Shown here: positions 41,092 through 44,217 of the stretch, one piece after another | Layout: each line of letters starts with the position of its first letter | Numbering within the stretch: the first letter of the stretch is position 1 | Source: a virus | Lineage: Duplodnaviria; Heunggongvirae; Uroviricota; Caudoviricetes | DNA: 44,217 nt | Virus record (IMG/VR): IMGVR_UViG_3300032205_000001 | Location: 1-44,217 of that record | Strand: one strand, 5' to 3' | The notes under the pieces: generated by a model | What the model saw: only the letters and a program-made list of their open reading frames with translations | Databases searched by the model: none | Told to the model about the DNA's origin: nothing | Program-made: the position numbers and the translations under genes

Positions 41092-41768
41092 TGGGGATGT
41101 TCAGCTGGAACTGTCTCGCATGTGGTTTCTCGCTGCGAGAGTGCAAGAATTGCTCGGTCGACAGCTGGATGGCCCAAGGCGTGGCGCTCTCGCCGAACGG
41201 CACCCGAGTGATCGGCTGGTACAACAGCTACGGCCAGCTGGGGGACACGTACAATCTCGCCGACCAGATGGGCGATTTCAGCGTGTACCACAAGGCCTGC
41301 TGGGAACTTGTCGGCAAGCCCGAATTCACCAAGCAAGCTTCGCACGCGCACGATCAGGGATTCTGCCTGCCAACGCACGGCAACCCGCTCCCCCTCCCCA
41401 CGCATCAGTGGCTGGAGAAGTGCCCGATGGCTCATGCGATCGATCGTGTGTGCCATGCGTACTCTCGATGGGCTGCTGATCGTCGTTACAACGAAGGCGA
41501 GGCTCAGTTCCTGACGCTCAGCGCAGATGATCAGAGGCTCTGCCTTGCTGCGTACAAGGCCGACGAAGACGCTCGCAACGCTGCCCACCGTGCGGCGATG
41601 GATGCGTACTACAACTCAGACGACGACAACGCTCGCGCGCCAGAGCGCCCGGAGAAGCCGGAGCTGTTCCTCTTCAACGGTGTGAACTACTACGGCTCGG
41701 TGCTGTGGGTTCGCAATCGATGGCTCGAAGACGACGAACTTCGAAAAAACAGGAAGTCCCGGTTGTAG
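41091..41768 (+). CDS. hypothetical protein (225 aa)
   Basis: MGMFSWNC.ACG; YNSYG motif; TAATG coupling. Confidence 0.85.
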   Translation: MGMFSWNCLACGFSLRECKNCSVDSWMAQGVALSPNGTRVIGWYNSYGQLGDTYNLADQMGDFSVYHKACWELVGKPEFTKQASHAHDQGFCLPTHGNPLPLPTHQWLEKCPMAHAIDRVCHAYSRWAADRRYNEGEAQFLTLSADDQRLCLAAYKADEDARNAAHRAAMDAYYNSDDDNARAPERPEKPELFLFNGVNYYGSVLWVRNRWLEDDELRKNRKSRL

Positions 41769-41775
41769 TCGAAGC
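41742..41775 (+). promoter_or_regulatory. ECF-like promoter
   Basis: CGAAAA-N16-TGTAGT-N6-ATG. Confidence 0.8.
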
Positions 41776-42063
41776 ATGCCTAGAGACGCCAAGCCCTACT
41801 GGATCAGGGGAAGAACCAGCGACGGTGGAGCAGCACGGTACATCGAGCACTGGCTGCTCGCCGAGCACGACAGCGAAGAAACCGGCAAGTGGGAGATGTT
41901 CTGCGTCGACTACAAGCCGGACATCCATCACGAAGGTGGAAAATGGCTGGAGTTCTACTGGGAGGGAGACTTCCAGGAGACCATCCCGTACGTGCCCGTG
42001 ACGAACGCGAAGTTTCAGCTCATGCAGTTCATCGAGTTCTGGATGGATGAAAATCGCGGCTGA
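41776..42063 (+). CDS. hypothetical protein (95 aa)
   Basis: Promoter 6 nt before ATG. Confidence 0.85.
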   Translation: MPRDAKPYWIRGRTSDGGAARYIEHWLLAEHDSEETGKWEMFCVDYKPDIHHEGGKWLEFYWEGDFQETIPYVPVTNAKFQLMQFIEFWMDENRG

Positions 42064-42081
42064 TTCAGGTGTAGTGCTCGC
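42048..42081 (+). promoter_or_regulatory. ECF-like promoter
   Basis: TGAAAA-N16-TGTAGT-N6-ATG. Confidence 0.8.
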
Positions 42082-42330
42082 ATGAGCGAAACCAAAAACG
42101 TGCTCGATGTCGAGTACAAGATCTTCGATGCACGGACCGATGCCCTGCTGATCATTCGCGAGAGCCCGGAATGTCCCGGCATCACCGAGTTGGTGATGCA
42201 AGAGAAAGAGGACCGCGCCTCGCACAAGTACGGCACGCACATCACCGTCGATGATGACGATTTGCCGCTCCTCATCGAGGCTCTTCAGCGTCGATGCCAG
42301 GACGTGCAGAGGAATCCCAAAGAGCCATGA
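42082..42330 (+). CDS. hypothetical protein (82 aa)
   Basis: Promoter 6 nt before ATG. Confidence 0.8.
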   Translation: MSETKNVLDVEYKIFDARTDALLIIRESPECPGITELVMQEKEDRASHKYGTHITVDDDDLPLLIEALQRRCQDVQRNPKEP

Positions 42331-42584
42331 CCGAATCCGTTTTCGTTGTTCAGTACACGCACAAGCACGGCGATGGCGTGAACATCTACAGCACGATCAA
42401 GAAGGCGGAGAGCGCCGCTGCCAACCTCATGGACGATCGGATCGCCGAATCATGGGACGACAGCGATCGAGCTGCCTACGATAGGTGCAAGACGTTCGAG
42501 GCGAAGCTGAAGTATTTTCACACGGTCGAGCGAGACGTGAGCTATGGCGAACGGATCAACGTGTTCGAGTGCGTCGTGGAGTAG
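42327..42584 (+). CDS. hypothetical protein (85 aa)
   Basis: ATGA overlap. Confidence 0.8.
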   Translation: MTESVFVVQYTHKHGDGVNIYSTIKKAESAAANLMDDRIAESWDDSDRAAYDRCKTFEAKLKYFHTVERDVSYGERINVFECVVE

Positions 42585-42617
42585 CAGGCCGGCGGTCCCC
42601 ACCGCCTACCAGCAACA

Positions 42618-42635
42618 GAAAACTCTAGAGTTTTC
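42618..42635. promoter_or_regulatory. palindromic operator type A
   Basis: GAAAACTC-TA-GAGTTTTC. Confidence 0.7.
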
Positions 42636-42655
42636 CAGTTTGTACAACGAATGTG

Positions 42656-42685
42656 CGGCTAAGATAAAACCCTTTACCTTAGCCG
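42656..42685. terminator. hairpin between convergent genes
   Basis: CGGCTAAG...CTTAGCCG 8-bp stem plus inner TAAA/TTTA. Confidence 0.5.
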
Positions 42686-42709
42686 ACTGAGCCACCCGTG
42701 CTGCCGGAT

Positions 42710-43174
42710 CTAGAACTCCTCGGCAGCCTCGGTGGTGACGGTCACGCCATGCTCTGCGAGCACTGCTAGTGCTTCCTTGACCTCGGCAGGCTGCTCGGTC
42801 TTGGTTTCGGCCTTCGACGGCTTGTGCTTCTTCGGAGCCGGAGACTCCACTTCATCGGCCAGCTTCTTCAGCTTGTTGAGGCCGGCGAGCGTGATGCGAT
42901 ACTTGCCGTCACCGATGTCCTCGGAGTGCGTGGCCCAGTTCGAGCGCACGAGGCGGCGCAAGGTGTTACGAACCTTGCTGTTTCCACGGGCCTTGCCCAT
43001 GCGCCCGAGGTGCCATCCGAGACCTTCCATGATCTCCTTGATGGTGAAGACCGGGCGGCCTTCGACGCCGAGGAACGTGACGAGCTGCTGCTCGTTCTCG
43101 CTTAGCTCCTCGAACGTGAGACGGAGCGGCGAAGCTTGCTGACCTTGATTCGACTTGAGGGTTTGGGTGCTCAT
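42710..43174 (-). CDS. winged helix-turn-helix protein (154 aa)
   Basis: LSENEQQLVTFL...FTIKEIMEGL...GNSKVRNTLRRLVRSNW...GKYRIT; promoter 6 nt before ATG 43174. Confidence 0.78.
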   Translation of the reverse strand: MSTQTLKSNQGQQASPLRLTFEELSENEQQLVTFLGVEGRPVFTIKEIMEGLGWHLGRMGKARGNSKVRNTLRRLVRSNWATHSEDIGDGKYRITLAGLNKLKKLADEVESPAPKKHKPSKAETKTEQPAEVKEALAVLAEHGVTVTTEAAEEF

Positions 43175-43208
43175 GTCCTTACTACACCCTGGAGCAAACC
43201 TTTTTTCA
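43175..43208 (-). promoter_or_regulatory. ECF-like promoter
   Basis: TGAAAA-N16-TGTAGT-N6-ATG. Confidence 0.8.
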
Positions 43209-43283
43209 TCACTGATCATCGTAATCAAACCACTTTTTTGTAAACGCAAGTGATTACCTGATCTTAGTTCTTCTCGACAATCA

Positions 43284-43318
43284 CGAAAAAACAGAGGATT
43301 TGGCTTGTAGTGCAGGGT
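43284..43318 (+). promoter_or_regulatory. ECF-like promoter
   Basis: CGAAAA-N16-TGTAGT-N7-ATG. Confidence 0.75.
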
Positions 43319-43654
43319 ATGACGCTCCAAGAAATTGTCGATGCGCTGGCCCCGCTGGTGGATCCCGAGTTCGCCAAGCCGACCGGTGACGGCATGAAGA
43401 TGGTCGTGTACCTCAGCCGAGATCAGTACAAGACCATCGAGACCGTCGTGTCTGCGATGCAGCTGGCGAACCTGATGAACTACAAGGCGGCGCAGGATGC
43501 GTTCCCTCGTTTGCTCAATGCGGTCAAGCTGGTGCTGGCCATCGCAGATCATCCCGACCAAAACCCATACGAGCAGATCTCCCTCGCACCGAAAACGCGC
43601 GCTCAACTTGACTCGGCCCTGAAGTTCGCCGAGAACAAAGATCGTCTGAAGTAG
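43319..43654 (+). CDS. hypothetical protein (111 aa)
   Basis: Promoter 7 nt before ATG. Confidence 0.8.
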   Translation: MTLQEIVDALAPLVDPEFAKPTGDGMKMVVYLSRDQYKTIETVVSAMQLANLMNYKAAQDAFPRLLNAVKLVLAIADHPDQNPYEQISLAPKTRAQLDSALKFAENKDRLK

Positions 43655-43889
43655 CGCCTGTGAAATCCTGTGGACAACAACAAGTCACAGGGACTGTGGT
43701 TTCGTAAAACTCCTAGCAACTGCAAATGGTTGCAAGACGTTACCCACAGAATATCCGCAAGTCAGCGAATTCACAGACAATTCACAGCTTAATTCTCTTG
43801 CGCTGTGCGATGCAGCGATGGTAGTACGCGCGAGAATCTGAAAAACATAGGAGCCCTGAGCTGTACATAGGGTGAGGGATACCTGAGCA

Positions 43890-44217
43890 ATGGATGACTT
43901 GATGGTGGCCAGGAATCACAACGAGCTGTCGTTCGAGGATATGCGCTCCGAGGAGAAGATGATCATCAGGGCGCTGGAGCATGCGGCTGCTTCAGGTCAG
44001 CACGAGATGAGAATCGCCGAGCTGCAAATTGCGGCTGGCTGGGATGAGGTGGATGAGCACGAATGCCCCGAGGGTCTTTGTGCTGTCTGCGCGGAGGCGC
44101 TTCGCAAGGGCAACAGCAAGGTGCGCAACAACCTTCGCCGGCTCATGCGGTACGGTTGGATTCATCGTCCGATCGATGGAACGTACGCACTGACCACGGA
44201 GCCCCAGGTCGAAGCGG
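43890..44217 (+). CDS. winged helix-turn-helix protein, paralog of 42710..43174 (partial)
   Basis: Hand-translated MDDLMVARNHNELSFEDMRSEEKMIIRAL...MRIAELQIAAGW...KGNSKVRNNLRRLMRYGWIHRPIDGTYALT; open at window end. Confidence 0.8.
   Translation, partial: MDDLMVARNHNELSFEDMRSEEKMIIRALEHAAASGQHEMRIAELQIAAGWDEVDEHECPEGLCAVCAEALRKGNSKVRNNLRRLMRYGWIHRPIDGTYALTTEPQVEA

Noticed and set aside
42710-43606. 298-aa version of the wHTH ORF
   Set aside because: The extension overlaps the plus-strand gene 43319-43654; a consensus promoter fixes the start at 43174.
34160-43890. CRISPR array or integrase att site in the repeat-rich intergenic regions
   Set aside because: No regularly spaced direct repeats with unique spacers, and no integrase or cas gene in the window.
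1-44217. Genome-wide TGA reassignment (genetic code 4 or 25)
   Set aside because: TGA terminates dozens of genes with exact ATGA/GTGA overlaps onto the next start; only one clearly internal TGA was found.

Overview
Fragment of a large, GC-rich dsDNA bacteriophage genome (probably a jumbo phage; host not determinable from this window). No capsid, tail, terminase, polymerase, integrase, tRNA, rRNA or CRISPR array is visible. Positions 1-34.2 kb are an almost uninterrupted minus-strand run of about 90 small, mostly hypothetical genes coupled by ATGA/GTGA/TAATG overlaps. Recognisable products there: YkgJ-type Cys-cluster protein, Gp37/Gp68 (DUF5131) protein, two cupin-fold proteins, HExxH membrane protein, adenine phosphoribosyltransferase, dCMP deaminase, MazG-like protein and papain-like C1 peptidase. 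After a non-coding strand switch (34.2-34.8 kb) comes a mostly plus-strand region in which nearly every gene has its own promoter: RHH protein, HerA/DUF87-like ATPase, Pmp3/YqaE protein, DUF932-like protein and two paralogous winged-helix proteins. Main new observations: (1) an 84-codon gene missed by the ORF track (7093-7347, minus) with a single in-frame TGA followed 14 nt later by a SECIS-like hairpin with a GGUC loop, i.e. a candidate phage selenoprotein in a genome that otherwise uses TGA as stop; (2) about 25 copies of an ECF-sigma-like promoter, YG(A/G)AAN-N16-TGTAG(T/G/A), mostly 6 nt before a start codon, implying leaderless mRNAs, with a few copies driving ORF-less structured RNAs; (3) two families of palindromic operators (GAAAACTC-N2-GAGTTTTC and CGCAAG-N2-CTTGCG) near these promoters. 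Family assignments are from motif recognition only; no database searches were run.
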